Below, piece by piece: positions 20,435 through 31,330 of a stretch of DNA of 64,000 nt. Where the stretch lies: assembly GCA_918797485.1 (NCBI GenBank), contig CAKKNE010000004.1, positions 2,232,001 to 2,296,000 on the forward strand. Direction: 5' to 3'. This stretch comes from Pelagomonas calceolata (lineage: Eukaryota). The notes below the pieces were generated by a model. The model made no database searches, was not told where the DNA came from, and saw only the letters and a list, made by a program, of their open reading frames with translations. Each line of letters opens with the position of its first letter. Positions within the stretch are counted from its first letter, which is position 1. The translations under genes and the position numbers were made by a program.

Positions 20435-21124
20435 ATGTGCATCTGCTGCGAGATCTTCCCCGCCTGCATCGACAGGTACTGGGAATTTCCCGAGCACCCT
20501 TGCGTAGTCAACGCGTGCTGCTACGCGTGCTGCGGGAATGGTTTAGAGGACCCAAATCTCGCGCAGCGTATCTTCTGTCAATGCAACACGGTGGCGAATT
20601 ATGATGAATGCGGGTCGGAGCCGCACCTCATCTCGCTGGCGCTCTGCCCGTTCCTCATCCCCGGGGCCGTCTACGCGGCGTTCTTTTGGGAGCCGCACTA
20701 CGACGCGGAAAGGGATAAAGCTCTGAGGGCCTTCCTCAAGCACCGCGAGGAGCGCAAACGAGCCGCCAAACAAGCCGCGATCGACAAGAAGAAAAATAAA
20801 CGGAAGGCCGAAAGAGCTCGATTGAAGAAGGCCGCGAAGAAGGAGGCCAAGGAGAACTTCGTCGAGTTTGACGAAGACGCGTGGTACGAGTCCCTGCCGG
20901 ACCGCTTAAAAAAGAAGCCCCACCGGACCAGCAAAGTAGCTCCGGAAGCCCAGGAGATGGAATTTCGGGGCCTCAAGAGGGGCTTCCTTTTGAGTGACTC
21001 GCGGCCGGCGACGGCGGCGACGGCGCCGTCGCGGCCGCCGACGGCGCCTTCTGCCGTGCCGGCGGCGACCGCGGGCGCGCCCGCGCCCGCGCCCGCGCCC
21101 GCGCCGGCGGAGAAGCCTGCGTAA
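20435..21124 (+). CDS. Hypothetical Cys-rich membrane protein with charged tail
   Basis: 229 aa; Cys-rich N-terminus, one hydrophobic segment (LALCPFLIPGAVYAAFFW), K/E-rich helix. Confidence 0.7.
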   Translation: MCICCEIFPACIDRYWEFPEHPCVVNACCYACCGNGLEDPNLAQRIFCQCNTVANYDECGSEPHLISLALCPFLIPGAVYAAFFWEPHYDAERDKALRAFLKHREERKRAAKQAAIDKKKNKRKAERARLKKAAKKEAKENFVEFDEDAWYESLPDRLKKKPHRTSKVAPEAQEMEFRGLKRGFLLSDSRPATAATAPSRPPTAPSAVPAATAGAPAPAPAPAPAEKPA

Positions 21125-21313
21125 TGAATGTTAAACTACACACTACCTGTCCATGATGAGCTGCTCCTCCTCCGGGCCGAGCGGCGAGCTATGGGCCTCC
21201 CCCATCAGGGTGTCCTGGTAGCCTCTACGCACTGTGGCGCGTCGAGGCGTCCTGGTAGCGTCTCGAGGCGCGGAATGCGTCTTTACAGATAACATGTCTG
21301 GCGCCAGCTGATC

Positions 21314-21333
21314 CTAGTATGTCTGTCCACTAG
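21314..21333 (+). promoter_or_regulatory. CTAG-box element (type B)
   Basis: ctagtatgtctgtccactag, 81 bp upstream of ATG 21414; resembles the copy at 35755. Confidence 0.5.
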
Positions 21334-21413
21334 CTAGCACGCTTCGCGCTTCTGTTTCTCGCTGTGAGCCGTGGAGTGGCCCTCGCCTCGCACCAATCGT
21401 TGCGGCAGCCAAT

Positions 21414-22143
21414 ATGTACCGGACGCTGGCGCTCGCCGCCGCGCTGGCGCCGGTCACCGGCTTCGCGCCGGCCCTCCGGGCAACAGCGAGGAGCGTCGCG
21501 CTGAAGGCCAAGTACACGGACGCGAACGGCAACCCCATCAAGGCAGCGCTGAGCGCCTATATGCATTTTTGCAACGACGAACGGGCCACGGTGACGGCAG
21601 AGCAGAAGCGGCTGGCGGGCGACTCGTTCAAGCAGACGCTCGTCATGACGAAACTCGGGGCGCTCTGGCGCGAGCTGCCCGAGGCGCAGAAGGCGACCTA
21701 CAACCAGAAGGCACGACGCGGTGTGGACATCAACCAGTGGGTTAGGTTGTCGACCTCCACGCCATCGAGCAGACGCAGGAATGGGATCGTCGTCGCGTCG
21801 ATGGCGTGGAACCTCGACGCTGTCGAGCAGCGTGGCCGCCCAACATTTGATTTCCACACAGGCTAAGGAGGATAAAGCGAGGTACGACGCCGCGCTCAAG
21901 GCCGCCGGCGTGCTCACGAAGGCCGAGAAAAAGGCCCAGGGCCCGAAGCGGCCGCTCAGCGCCTACATGCACTTCTGCGCCGAGCGCCGGCCGTCGCTCA
22001 CCGAGGAGCTCAAGGCCCAGCTCGGCGCCGACTTCAAGTACACGCTCGTCATGACCAAATTGGGCGAGGAGTGGCGCGGCGTCGGCGACAAGTCCAAGTA
22101 CGAGGCCATGGCCGCGGCCGACAAGGCCTCGAAGGCGGCCTAG
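21414..22143 (+). CDS. Plastid-targeted double HMG-box protein (192 aa; exons 21414-21710, 21862-22143)
   Basis: MYRTLALAAALAPVTG-FAP signal; two boxes PIKAALSAYMHFC..KLGALWREL and PKRPLSAYMHFC..KLGEEWR; splice gives YNQK|AKEDKARY. Confidence 0.88.
21711..21861 (+). mobile_element. Introner-derived GC-AG intron (151 bp)
   Basis: AAG|gcacgacg donor; ends cggtgtggacatcaa / ttgatttccacacag; internal ccacgccatcga..tcgatggcgtgg hairpin. Confidence 0.85.
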
Positions 22144-22194
22144 GAGCTCGCCCCTAGCTCTACTAACCATGACTTACTACTACACACGCGAGTC

Positions 22195-22566
22195 TCAGAA
22201 CGACAAAACGCCCGCGACGCGCGACGGCCACTCCTCGCCCTGCACGCGGCAGTTGCCGCCGTCGCAATAGCCCCAGCCCAGCGTCGTCGTCGTGTCCGTG
22301 AACTCGCAGCCGCCGCCGCGGCAACTGGGGTCCGCGCACCGGACGAACGTGCACGCGCCGCCGTCGCACGACGGCCGCTTGCAGTCCTCGAAGCGGCAGG
22401 CGCCGCCCCGACAACTTATATCATCACAATGCCGGTAGGCGCAGGACCCGCCGTCGCAGTGGAGCTCGCAGTCACTGTATACAGGGGCGTCGTGGTTGTC
22501 GCGCTGGGCGGCGGCGAGGGCGAGCGTGAGTAGGGCGAGTGGCCGTCGTCGTCGGTGGGGCGGCAT
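22195..22566 (-). CDS. Secreted Cys-rich protein with tandem CxGGxC repeats
   Basis: 123 aa; hydrophobic leader; CDGGSC, CRGGAC, CDGGAC, CRGGGC, CDGGNC. Confidence 0.75.
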   Translation of the reverse strand: MPPHRRRRPLALLTLALAAAQRDNHDAPVYSDCELHCDGGSCAYRHCDDISCRGGACRFEDCKRPSCDGGACTFVRCADPSCRGGGCEFTDTTTTLGWGYCDGGNCRVQGEEWPSRVAGVLSF

Positions 22567-22631
22567 CTATGTGATGTTTTCGGTACGAACTATGCGGCTG
22601 CCGCGGCTGCCCCGCTGCGGTCCGATTTTTG

Positions 22632-22652
22632 CTAGTGTCTTACGGCCGCTAG
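22632..22652 (-). promoter_or_regulatory. CTAG-box element (type A)
   Basis: Reverse complement ctagcggccgtaagacactag; between divergent starts 22566 and 22840. Confidence 0.6.
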
Positions 22653-22839
22653 CTGGTTATTATTGGCGTGACCTCTAGCTCTGTACCTCGTGTGTGAGCG
22701 GCGCTCGCTCATTTTTAGACCGCGGTTAATCGCCGAGTCTCCCGCACTGTCGCGGAACGCTCAGAACGAGCCGCCGCCGCTCAGCGGTTACAAAATAGTT
22801 TCAGAGAGCTTTTTTGACCAGCGGCGCTAGACGAGGCCG

Positions 22840-23937
22840 ATGCAGTCCCTCCTCGGCGTGGACCTCTTCGGGGCCCACGGCGCCGACATGAAGCAGATCT
22901 CCGACAAGAAGGAGCACCAGACGCAGGCCCGCATCCGCGGCGAGTATGAAAACAGAGAGGGCCCGTGGCGCGGGGACAAAGGGCCCCGTATAAGCGACGG
23001 CACGAGCTTCTTCTCTACTCGCACGTCGCCGCGCCACGACGGTTCTTCCATAGCGGACTATTTTGTGGATAAGCCGGATCAGGACCAAGGCAGGTACTGG
23101 CGCAACTACGACATTGAGCGGAGCCTCGCGCCGGAGCTCGCGCCGCGGGACGAGTACGAGGCCTCGCTAAAAATTCAGCGCGTGGCGCGGAAGTGGCTTT
23201 CCAGAAGACGCAACGCGGCGCGGGACGTCGCGCGAGATCTAGGAGTGCTCGAGACGGAAGCGCAACTCATCCAGCGCGCCTGGTACGCTAGAAAAGCTCA
23301 AGAGGACGTCCAGCGCGCGCGCGTGCAACAACTCAAAGAGCGGCAGACCTGGCGCGACTACGAGGCGTTTCTTGCTTCACTGACGCAGCCGGGCGGCGAG
23401 AGCGTCTTACGCCGTCGACGCGAGTCACGCGACGCCTGTTTGATTTCCACACAGGTCACGAGTGACCGGAAGAAGCCCGCCAAGTCCACGGTCCTCGCGG
23501 CGAAGCTGAAGACCGCCGCGACGACGATCAAAGCGCCCGTCGATATCAACTGTTCGGTCCGCGACGGCGGCCACCGCTTCGATCTCTTGGTTTTGGAAAG
23601 GGCGTCGGCCGGGAAGCGGCGCCCGACCGGTTTAGAGGTCGCAGCGGCCGATGAGCCCTTCGTCTTCGCTTCACAAACATACGAGGGGTCCCTGATTGTT
23701 CTCGGGTGCAAGTTGGCGCTCGCGGTGCCGACGGTGCAGCAGGCCTGGGCGTCGTCGGGCGTGCGCGCGGGGGATAGAATAGTGGCCGTCAACGGGACGG
23801 CGGGGCCCGCGGAGAAGCTGCTCTCGTTGTTACGGAGGGACAACAAGAAGCGGCGGCTGACTTTAGTGAGACCGCAGGCCGAGGAGGGCCTGGGGTGGCG
23901 GGATTCGGTCCGGGCGCGGCGGAAGCTCTTCGTGTAA
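22840..23937 (+). CDS. IQ-motif and PDZ-like domain protein (probable short intron ending at 23454)
   Basis: IQRVARKWLSRR, IQRAWYARK; SGVRAGDRIVAVNG..LTLVR. Confidence 0.7.
   Translation: MQSLLGVDLFGAHGADMKQISDKKEHQTQARIRGEYENREGPWRGDKGPRISDGTSFFSTRTSPRHDGSSIADYFVDKPDQDQGRYWRNYDIERSLAPELAPRDEYEASLKIQRVARKWLSRRRNAARDVARDLGVLETEAQLIQRAWYARKAQEDVQRARVQQLKERQTWRDYEAFLASLTQPGGESVLRRRRESRDACLISTQVTSDRKKPAKSTVLAAKLKTAATTIKAPVDINCSVRDGGHRFDLLVLERASAGKRRPTGLEVAAADEPFVFASQTYEGSLIVLGCKLALAVPTVQQAWASSGVRAGDRIVAVNGTAGPAEKLLSLLRRDNKKRRLTLVRPQAEEGLGWRDSVRARRKLFV
23404..23454 (+). mobile_element. Eroded introner intron (right TIR only; donor position uncertain)
   Basis: Ends tttgatttccacacag; contains acgccgtcgacgcga; 51 bp, in frame. 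Confidence 0.6.
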
Positions 23938-23968
23938 CATGGGTCTATCGTAATTCTTAAACTGGGGC

Positions 23969-26900
23969 CTAGGCCTTGACCGCGGCGATCGCCGCCCGCG
24001 CGTCGCGCATGGCCTTCACCTCGGCCGCCGTGTCGCGCGCGAGGACGGCCAGGACCTGGTCGAGGAGGCTCTGCTGCGCGGTGGAGATGGAGTCGCCGAA
24101 GTCTGCTCGCTTCGTCCAGTTTGCTTCCTGCTCCGTCAGGGCGCCCGTTAGTGCGGCCTCGATTTCCGCGGCGCGCGCGACCGCCGCGTCTTCCGCGGCC
24201 TTGGCTTTTGCGTCAATGTCGGCGCTGATTTCCGCGAATTTCGCCTCGAGCGCGGCTTCCCGTTTTTCGGCCTCGGCCGCAGCAGCGGCCTCCCGCTCGA
24301 TCCGCTCGGCGTCGAGCTTTTGGAACCGCTCCTCGAGCGCCACCTCGCGCTCGAGCCTCTCAGCATCGAGCGTAGCAAAGCGCTCCTCGAGCTCGGCCTT
24401 GGACGCTGTCTCCCTTGCGATCCTCTCGTCGTCGAGCTTCTGGAAGCGCTCCTCTAGGGCCTTTTCCCGCTCTGCCAGCGCCGCCGCCGCGGTCGCCTCA
24501 CGCTCGACCCGAGCCGCCTCTGCAGCCTCCTCACGTTCCACACGCTCCGCCTCCAGCGTCGTGAACCAAGTTTCGAGCGCCTCGGCGGACGCCACCTCCC
24601 GCTCGAGCCGGTCCGCCTCCACCGCGTCCATTTTCTCCAACAGGCGCGTCTCAATGGCTTTCGACTCGACGTCGAACGCCTCAAATGTTTCTTGCATCGC
24701 GCCCACGAACTCCTCGTGTCGCGTGTCGACCGCCGTGAGCTTGGTTTCCGTCTCCGCCAGCGCAGTGTCGACTTTCGTGTCGCGCTCGGTCAGCCGAGCG
24801 TCCAGCGCCGTTTGCCTCTCGGCATCGGCCGTCGCGACGGCGGCCGCGTCGTCCCGCAGCTGCTGCAGGTGGCCGTCGACTTCGGCGTTGCGCGCCGCCG
24901 TCGCCTCAGCAACCGCCGTGGCCTTGGCCTCAGCGGCTTCGATCTGCGTCGCCTGCTCTTTGTTAGTCTCATCTGCGAGCACGGCGATCGCCTCCACATC
25001 GGTTACGCGGCCTACGAGCTCCTGCTTCTCCACGTCGAGGGCCTCGAACGTTTCCTCCATGGCGCTCACGAACTCAGTGTGTGTCTGTTCGACCGTTTGG
25101 AACTTGCCGTCGACGACCTCGTCGCGTTTGAGTAACGCCTCCGCCGCGGAAGCAGCGGCGGTCCGCCTGTTCTCCTCGGCCGTTTCAAACTCCTTGGAGA
25201 TGGCTGCGGTCTGCGCCGCGTGTCGCTCGTCGTCGGCCAGCCGCTTCTCTTCCACGGCGTCGAACCTCGAGTCGATTTCTTTTGCGCGCGCCTCGCGCTG
25301 GGACTCGTCCTGCGTGCGTTGGGCCTCGCGCTGGGACTCGAGCTCCGTGATCGTGGTGCCGATCGCCTCGAATTTGTCCTGGACCTCTTTGTCTTTTTCA
25401 CCCCGTTGCTTGTCGAGATCTTCGAACGTAGTGTCCAGCGCTGTCTGCATCGCCGTCTGCCGCTCTGATAATTCCTCGAACTTAGAGTCCGTCGCCTTCT
25501 GTCTCTCGTCAAGCTGTGTATCGAGCTCCGTGAACCGTTTGTCGAGGGCTTCGCGTTCCTCGGCGTCCTTCGCGGCACGCGCCTCGTCCATGGCCGTGAA
25601 GCGCGCGTCCAGGGCTTCCTGCCTTTGTTGTGCTTCGGCGGCCGCCGCCTCGTCGCGCTTGGCTTGGTCCGCTAGAGCAGCTGCTTCGCGTTCCTGCCGT
25701 TGAGCCTCAAGCCCTTCGAAGCGTTCCGTCATCGCCTGCTCCTGCGCCGTCGCCACCTCCTGAGCCTTTTCCTGCGCTGCCGTCAATTTGGCGTCCGTCT
25801 CGGTCGCCAGCGTCGACAGCCTCTCGTCCTGAGCCGCGTTCGTCTCGTCCGCGAGCACCGCAACGGTCTCCACGTCGGCGAGCCGCTTGGATAACTCCTC
25901 GGTAGCTGTGGTCGACGCAGCCTGCTGTTCGTCGACGGCGCTGAAGCGCGCCTCGACGGCCTCACTCGCGAGCCGTCGCTTCTCCTCCGCGTCTTGCAGA
26001 TCGCCCTGGCGTACGGTCTCGAGCTGCGTAAATTTCTCGTCGACCGCGGCTTGCGCCGCTTTCTCCTGGACCTCGGCTTTGAGCGCCTCCTGAGCGGTGG
26101 CCGCCGCCGCCGCGTCCTCGAGCCTCTGCGCCTCCACAGCCGCGAATTTATCATCAGCGGCTGCAAATTTTTCGTCCACGACCTTGTCTCTCTGGGCCGC
26201 CGCCTCGAGCAGCTCGACCTTGTCCTCGAGTTGGCTCGCCTCGGCTTTCGCGAACTTGTCATCAACCTCGGCCTGGGCGGCCTCGAGCGCGGCGTCGACC
26301 TGGGCGTTGCGCTGCTCGATGGTGGCGAGGTCCGCTGTCCGTAGGTCCTGGGCACTGGTCTTGTCTTTTGCGCGCCGCTCGTCGACCTCAGCTATCGCTG
26401 TGTCGATCTCCGTTTTGCGGATCGCGTCGGCCTCGGCGCGCTTGGCCTCCTTCGCGGCCTGGTCAGCTATGAAGGCTTCATCCCTCTTCACGCGCTCCTC
26501 TTCCATCGTTTTGAGCTGTTGGTCGATTTCCTCTTTCGTGGCTAGTGCTTCGGCCTGTCGAGCCGCAGTTTCGGCAGTGAACCGCTCGTCAACCCCAGAG
26601 AACCGTTCAGCGACCATCGCTTCCTGCGCTTGGAGCGCTTCCGCCGCGGCCGCCTTGTCGGCGGCCGCCGCTGCCTCGACCGCCGAGAAGCGCTTCTCCG
26701 ACGCGTCCGTGGCCGCGGCGAGGTCCTCGGCCGCGATGATCTTATTTGCTTCGATCAACGTCGTTGCGTCTACAAACGCCGCATCGACCTGGGCGTTGCG
26801 CTCCCGCACGGCCTCGTCACGCACGGCCTCCGCCTGGGCTCGCACGGTCTCCACCTCCGTGATTTTTGCGTCGAGGGCGTTAGCATGTTCCGTCGCAACT

Positions 26901-27508
26901 GTTGCGGCCCTCTCCCGCTCTTCTTCAAATTTCACATCCCACTCGGAGATTGCCTCCTCGAGGTAGGTCTGCGTCGCCTCGGCGGACTCGCGAACTGCTA
27001 GCGAGACCGACTCGAGCTTTTCGTCGGACGCGACCTTGTGCGCGTCCAAGCTCTCGCTCAGACCTTCGATCGACGTCCGGAAGCTCTCGGCGTCCGAGAC
27101 CTCCTGCGACTCGATGCGCTGGATCTCCTCCAGAAGTGCCGCGGCGCGCTCTTCCTGCGTCGCGGTCAGGTTTGTCTGTAATCCGAGGGACTTGGCTTCT
27201 AAGTATTCCAACGTGTCCTGCAGTGCCTGCTCCAGTTCGGCGTCACGCGCGTCCAGCTGTTCCCGCGTTTGGAGGGCTTTACTCTGGATGGACTCTACTC
27301 GGTCCATAACATTAGTGTCTCCGACGATGAGCTCCTCGCCCGCCTCGAGCCGCGGCGCCCGGAAGAGTTTCTCCGCGATGCAGCTGCCGTCGTCGTTGGC
27401 CGCGAACTTGAGCTGCCCGTCGCCGCCGCGCACCGGAAATAATTGACACATGCACTCGTCCGCGGCGACCGCTAGGACCATCAACGTGTTGAGGCGCAGG
27501 ACCATCAT
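23969..27508 (-). CDS. Large acidic coiled-coil protein with N-terminal signal peptide
   Basis: 1179 aa; LMVLAVAA leader; long E/A/K heptad-rich region with recurring (V/L)xxRF/KF motifs. Confidence 0.8.
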   Translation of the reverse strand: MMVLRLNTLMVLAVAADECMCQLFPVRGGDGQLKFAANDDGSCIAEKLFRAPRLEAGEELIVGDTNVMDRVESIQSKALQTREQLDARDAELEQALQDTLEYLEAKSLGLQTNLTATQEERAAALLEEIQRIESQEVSDAESFRTSIEGLSESLDAHKVASDEKLESVSLAVRESAEATQTYLEEAISEWDVKFEEERERAATVATEHANALDAKITEVETVRAQAEAVRDEAVRERNAQVDAAFVDATTLIEANKIIAAEDLAAATDASEKRFSAVEAAAAADKAAAAEALQAQEAMVAERFSGVDERFTAETAARQAEALATKEEIDQQLKTMEEERVKRDEAFIADQAAKEAKRAEADAIRKTEIDTAIAEVDERRAKDKTSAQDLRTADLATIEQRNAQVDAALEAAQAEVDDKFAKAEASQLEDKVELLEAAAQRDKVVDEKFAAADDKFAAVEAQRLEDAAAAATAQEALKAEVQEKAAQAAVDEKFTQLETVRQGDLQDAEEKRRLASEAVEARFSAVDEQQAASTTATEELSKRLADVETVAVLADETNAAQDERLSTLATETDAKLTAAQEKAQEVATAQEQAMTERFEGLEAQRQEREAAALADQAKRDEAAAAEAQQRQEALDARFTAMDEARAAKDAEEREALDKRFTELDTQLDERQKATDSKFEELSERQTAMQTALDTTFEDLDKQRGEKDKEVQDKFEAIGTTITELESQREAQRTQDESQREARAKEIDSRFDAVEEKRLADDERHAAQTAAISKEFETAEENRRTAAASAAEALLKRDEVVDGKFQTVEQTHTEFVSAMEETFEALDVEKQELVGRVTDVEAIAVLADETNKEQATQIEAAEAKATAVAEATAARNAEVDGHLQQLRDDAAAVATADAERQTALDARLTERDTKVDTALAETETKLTAVDTRHEEFVGAMQETFEAFDVESKAIETRLLEKMDAVEADRLEREVASAEALETWFTTLEAERVEREEAAEAARVEREATAAAALAEREKALEERFQKLDDERIARETASKAELEERFATLDAERLEREVALEERFQKLDAERIEREAAAAAEAEKREAALEAKFAEISADIDAKAKAAEDAAVARAAEIEAALTGALTEQEANWTKRADFGDSISTAQQSLLDQVLAVLARDTAAEVKAMRDARAAIAAVKA

Positions 27509-27978
27509 GGTGGCTTGGATGCTGCCCGGGTGCGGAGTTGTCTATGATGATTCGGGGCAGCAGCGCTCCTCGCTGTTATGCCTGCGGGCAGCCACACGAG
27601 GACTCCTGCGGCACCAGTACGCGCGTTGCAACAGCTGCTGCGTTGCCTTCGCGCCTGCTCTCCGTCGTCCTCCAAAAAGTTCCGTTTTGGCGCTGCGGGC
27701 GGGTTTTCGGGCCTTTGCTCGACGTCCCTGGAGCGTCAGGGAGACGCCCCCGAGCCATTACAAGCCTGAAACGACAAATCTTTGAAAACCCGTTTTGAGA
27801 CATCAAGGTGTGAATTCCAGCGTGTATATTTGATATTTGTACACGTACTGCTCGCGCATAAATCACTTGCAATAGCGTTGCTTGCTCATTGCGAGTTCTC
27901 TGGCCACGCAACGCGACGCTGCAACCGATCGCTCACGCAACGCGGCTAGCTGCATCGCATTGGCTGCGTGACAAGGCC

Positions 27979-29355
27979 ATGCGCGTCACGTGCATAGCAG
28001 CCATCGTCGCGACGAGCTACGCCTTCACGCCAACGCCGCGAGTAACCGCGCCGAAGATGCGCACCAAGCTGCGAGCCGGCGCGACGGACCTCACGCCGAC
28101 GCAGCGGACCGCTCTGCTCGGCTCGTTGATAGGCGTCTACACGAGCAACCAGTGGTGCCGCCAGCTGTTGTTTAGCACGGTGGACTTCACGAGCGACGAC
28201 GCCTTTCGGTTTTTGAATGTTGGATTAGAGTTGTCGCGCGCCGACTACGCGCTCCTTTCCACGTTGACGTTCAACGCGTTATTTGCCGCGTGCTCTTTAG
28301 CCGCGGGAGCACTCGTGGACCGCGCCGACGCCGTGAAGCTGACCTACGCCAGCTGCGGCCTCTGGGCCCTCGCGACCGTCGCGACGGCCTACACATCTTC
28401 ATTCGCGGGCGTCGCCGCTTGTAGGGCCTTGCAGGGCGTGGCCATGGCCGCGACGGCGCCGGCGGGCTACGCGCTCTTAGGAAGGGCCTTCCCTCCCGAT
28501 AAATTGGCGACGGCGTCGTCGCGCTACGCGGCGGCCGTGAGCGCCGGCGGGGCTTTAGCGGCGGTCTCGACGCGTTTGGATGATGCCATCGGCTGGCGCG
28601 GCGCCTTTGCCGTGGCCGGGGCCAGTTCCCTGGTCGTGGCGTTGATAGCCTTCCTCCTGCTACCTTCCGAGCTCGGGCCGGCACTGAACCCAGAGACCAA
28701 AGAACTGGAGGAGGGCGGCTTCGGCGGCGTCTTCGCCTCGAAGGCGGCCGTCGCTTTACTCGCGGCGACGGCCGTGCGCTTCGCGGCGGGTTTTACCATT
28801 GGCGTCTGGGCTATTCCTTGTCTGCGCGCAAACTTCGCGGGAAATGACGTCGGGAGCGGCTACGCGCTCGTCGTGGGCGTTTTTGGGTTTGTGTCGGCGT
28901 TGTTGGGCGGCGCCGCGGCCGACGGCCTCGCCGTGCGCGCGCCGCCGGAACGAAGGGACGCGGCGCGGGCCCTCGTGCCGGCGGCCGGTTCATTGGTAGC
29001 GGCGCCGCTCTGGGTCCTCGCGCTGCAGGCGCCGTCCTATGGCGTTGCGATCGCGCTGCTCGCGGCCGAGTTTCTGGTCGCGGAGTGCTGGATCGGCCCC
29101 ACCACCGCGCTCCTGCAGCAGGCCGTGCCGGCGGCGAGCCGCGGCGCGGCGCAGGGCTGCTTCACGGCCCTGACCTTGGTTGGGGGCCTCGCGCCGCTCG
29201 CCGTCGGCGCGGCCGTCGACCGCTCGGACGGGGGCCTCGAGCTCGTGCCGGCCGTGGCTTTTGCTGTTGCGGCGGCCTACGTCGTGTCGTCCTTGCTATT
29301 TTTGGTGGCGGCGGGGCTGTTGGATGATGGGGCGGCGGCGGGTAAGGAATCTTAG
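27979..29355 (+). CDS. Plastid-targeted MFS (Spinster-like) transporter
   Basis: MRVTCIAAIVATSYA-FTP signal; GALVDRAD motif A, CRALQG, GWRGAF; about 12 TM segments. Confidence 0.85.
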   Translation: MRVTCIAAIVATSYAFTPTPRVTAPKMRTKLRAGATDLTPTQRTALLGSLIGVYTSNQWCRQLLFSTVDFTSDDAFRFLNVGLELSRADYALLSTLTFNALFAACSLAAGALVDRADAVKLTYASCGLWALATVATAYTSSFAGVAACRALQGVAMAATAPAGYALLGRAFPPDKLATASSRYAAAVSAGGALAAVSTRLDDAIGWRGAFAVAGASSLVVALIAFLLLPSELGPALNPETKELEEGGFGGVFASKAAVALLAATAVRFAAGFTIGVWAIPCLRANFAGNDVGSGYALVVGVFGFVSALLGGAAADGLAVRAPPERRDAARALVPAAGSLVAAPLWVLALQAPSYGVAIALLAAEFLVAECWIGPTTALLQQAVPAASRGAAQGCFTALTLVGGLAPLAVGAAVDRSDGGLELVPAVAFAVAAAYVVSSLLFLVAAGLLDDGAAAGKES

Positions 29356-29379
29356 GTGTGGCTTATTTCGTGCGGGGTT

Positions 29380-29880
29380 TTACTCAGGCGGTGGGGGCGG
29401 CGGCGGCGGCGGCCCCGGAGGCGGCCCAGGAGGCGGCCCCGGCACCGGCGCCGGCGCGGGCCGCTCGAGGTCGTCGAGGACGCGCTGCACCGTGCCGCGC
29501 GCGTCGGACTCGACGGCGACGAGGCCGAAGATGTGCTCGGCGCAGAGTGCGGCGAAGGCCTCGCAGGGGTCCAAAGTGGGGTAGAGCCGCAGGCTCGTCT
29601 GCGCGAGCGCTTCGAGGAACCGGTTGTACTCGAGCCGCCGTGCGCCGCGCGCGGCGACCTTCGCAAACACGAGGTCGGCGTCGGCCGTCGCGAGCCGCGC
29701 CGGGAGGTCTGGCGACTCCGACACCAGCTTCGCCCACTGAGTGCGGTCGACGCCGCGCTCGACGCCGTCGCGCGGCTTGCGGCCGAGGTCCGCGTAGTGC
29801 CGGAAGATGGCCTTGAGCGCCTCGTGCGTGGTGTAGCCCTCGGCCGGCGCGAAGCGCTCGTTGATTGGCGGGGGCTCCAT
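29380..29880 (-). CDS. p25-alpha/TPPP-like protein with poly-Pro tail
   Basis: IFRHYA..QWAKLV..ADADLVFAKVAARGARRLEYNRFLEALA. Confidence 0.7.
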   Translation of the reverse strand: MEPPPINERFAPAEGYTTHEALKAIFRHYADLGRKPRDGVERGVDRTQWAKLVSESPDLPARLATADADLVFAKVAARGARRLEYNRFLEALAQTSLRLYPTLDPCEAFAALCAEHIFGLVAVESDARGTVQRVLDDLERPAPAPVPGPPPGPPPGPPPPPPPPPE

Positions 29881-30328
29881 CAGGCAGCCTGGTCTGAGGT
29901 GATAGCTCCAGGGCAGCCAAAAACTGCTCGCAAGATGGTTTCCCTCTTTTGTGATGGGGCAGCTGGCCTCCTCTGATGCGATGCAGACGCCTCCTCGGTA
30001 TGCCAGACAGCTATCAGGTCAAAAACACTCAAATCGAGTCTCATGCTAGTATGTCTATGACTTAGCTTTACTGGGGTGCTGACAAAAAACAGGCTGAGCA
30101 TCCTGCCTGTTTACTGCACTACGTGAGACTTGTGCTACGACTTAACCATAGCCGTCACGCCATAGTCCGCCGAGCGCCAACCGCCCGCAAGCTCGCGGAC
30201 GTAGGAACAGCAGCAGCACAGGAAACGTCGCCGCCGCCGCGCGCGAGGCACGCCCAGCTTCCCAGCGCGCGCCGGCACTGCTCAACAGGCAGCGTCGCCG
30301 CAGGACTAGGAAACAAACAGCCGCAGCG

Positions 30329-30880
30329 ATGGCCGACGACGCCGACCAAGAGGAGGCCGCGCCGGAACCTGTGATCGAGGGCCTCACGGAAGATGCGGGC
30401 GACGGCGAGGAGGACCCCGAGCTCGAGGACATGAAGCGGCGCGTCCAGGAGATGGAGGAGGAGGCGAACAAGCTGAAGGCCATGCAGCAGGATTTGGCCG
30501 CCGACGGTGATGGTGGAGAGGAGAAGAAGGCGTCCGAGACGGACGAGAAGAGCATTTACGTCGGACAAGTCGACTACGAAGCGACGCCGGAAGAGCTCCA
30601 GGCCCACTTCGCGAACTGCGGCACCATCAACCGCGTGACGATCCTCTGCGACAAGTTCACGGGTCGAAGCAAGGGCTTCGCCTACGTTGAGTTCGAAGAT
30701 AGCGCCGCGGTGCCCGCCGCGATTTTACTCGACAACTCCATCTTCAAGGGCCGCCAGCTCAAGGTCTCGGCGAAGCGCGTCAACGTGCGCGGCAAGGGCA
30801 AGGGCAAGGGGCGCGGTAGAGGTAGAGGCCGCGGGCGCGGCCGGCGGGGCAAGGGGTACAAGGGCTACCGCGGCTGGTAG
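30329..30880 (+). CDS. PABPN1: Nuclear poly(A)-binding protein 2
   Basis: [16 protein letters not shown] coil; [40 protein letters not shown]-rich tail. Confidence 0.93.
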   Translation: MADDADQEEAAPEPVIEGLTEDAGDGEEDPELEDMKRRVQEMEEEANKLKAMQQDLAADGDGGEEKKASETDEKSIYVGQVDYEATPEELQAHFANCGTINRVTILCDKFTGRSKGFAYVEFEDSAAVPAAILLDNSIFKGRQLKVSAKRVNVRGKGKGKGRGRGRGRGRGRRGKGYKGYRGW

Positions 30881-31330
30881 CTTCCTTTTTTAAGTTTGGT
30901 GCCGAATACTAGTACATCCGCGGCGACGGCGTCGCGGCTCGACGGCGTCGCGGCGACGTGGTCTCATGAAGAGGCCATCGCCGCGACCTTGACCGCGTAA
31001 AGTTCATTTTCCGCGCCGAGCCGCGACCGTAGGTCCGCGCGAAGTCGGCGGCGGGATGCTTTCTCGGGCCTACGCCGCCGCCGCCGCGGTTCGCACAGGA
31101 AGTCGCATAGGCTACTAGACTAACTCGACTGAGGATGCAATTCACGTTGCTTTGCTTAGAGCTCGGCCGCCTAGCCACCAGCCACCACACCCTCCGAGTC
31201 ATACGCCGTCGCCCCGGGTGTGAGCTCGGAGGCGACGACGGCGAGGCGGCCCTCAGGCGGGGGCAGGCCGGACGCCGGAATCCCAGGGCCTAGTCTAGAG
31301 GCTAATAAAACGGACCGATTACGCGGAAGC

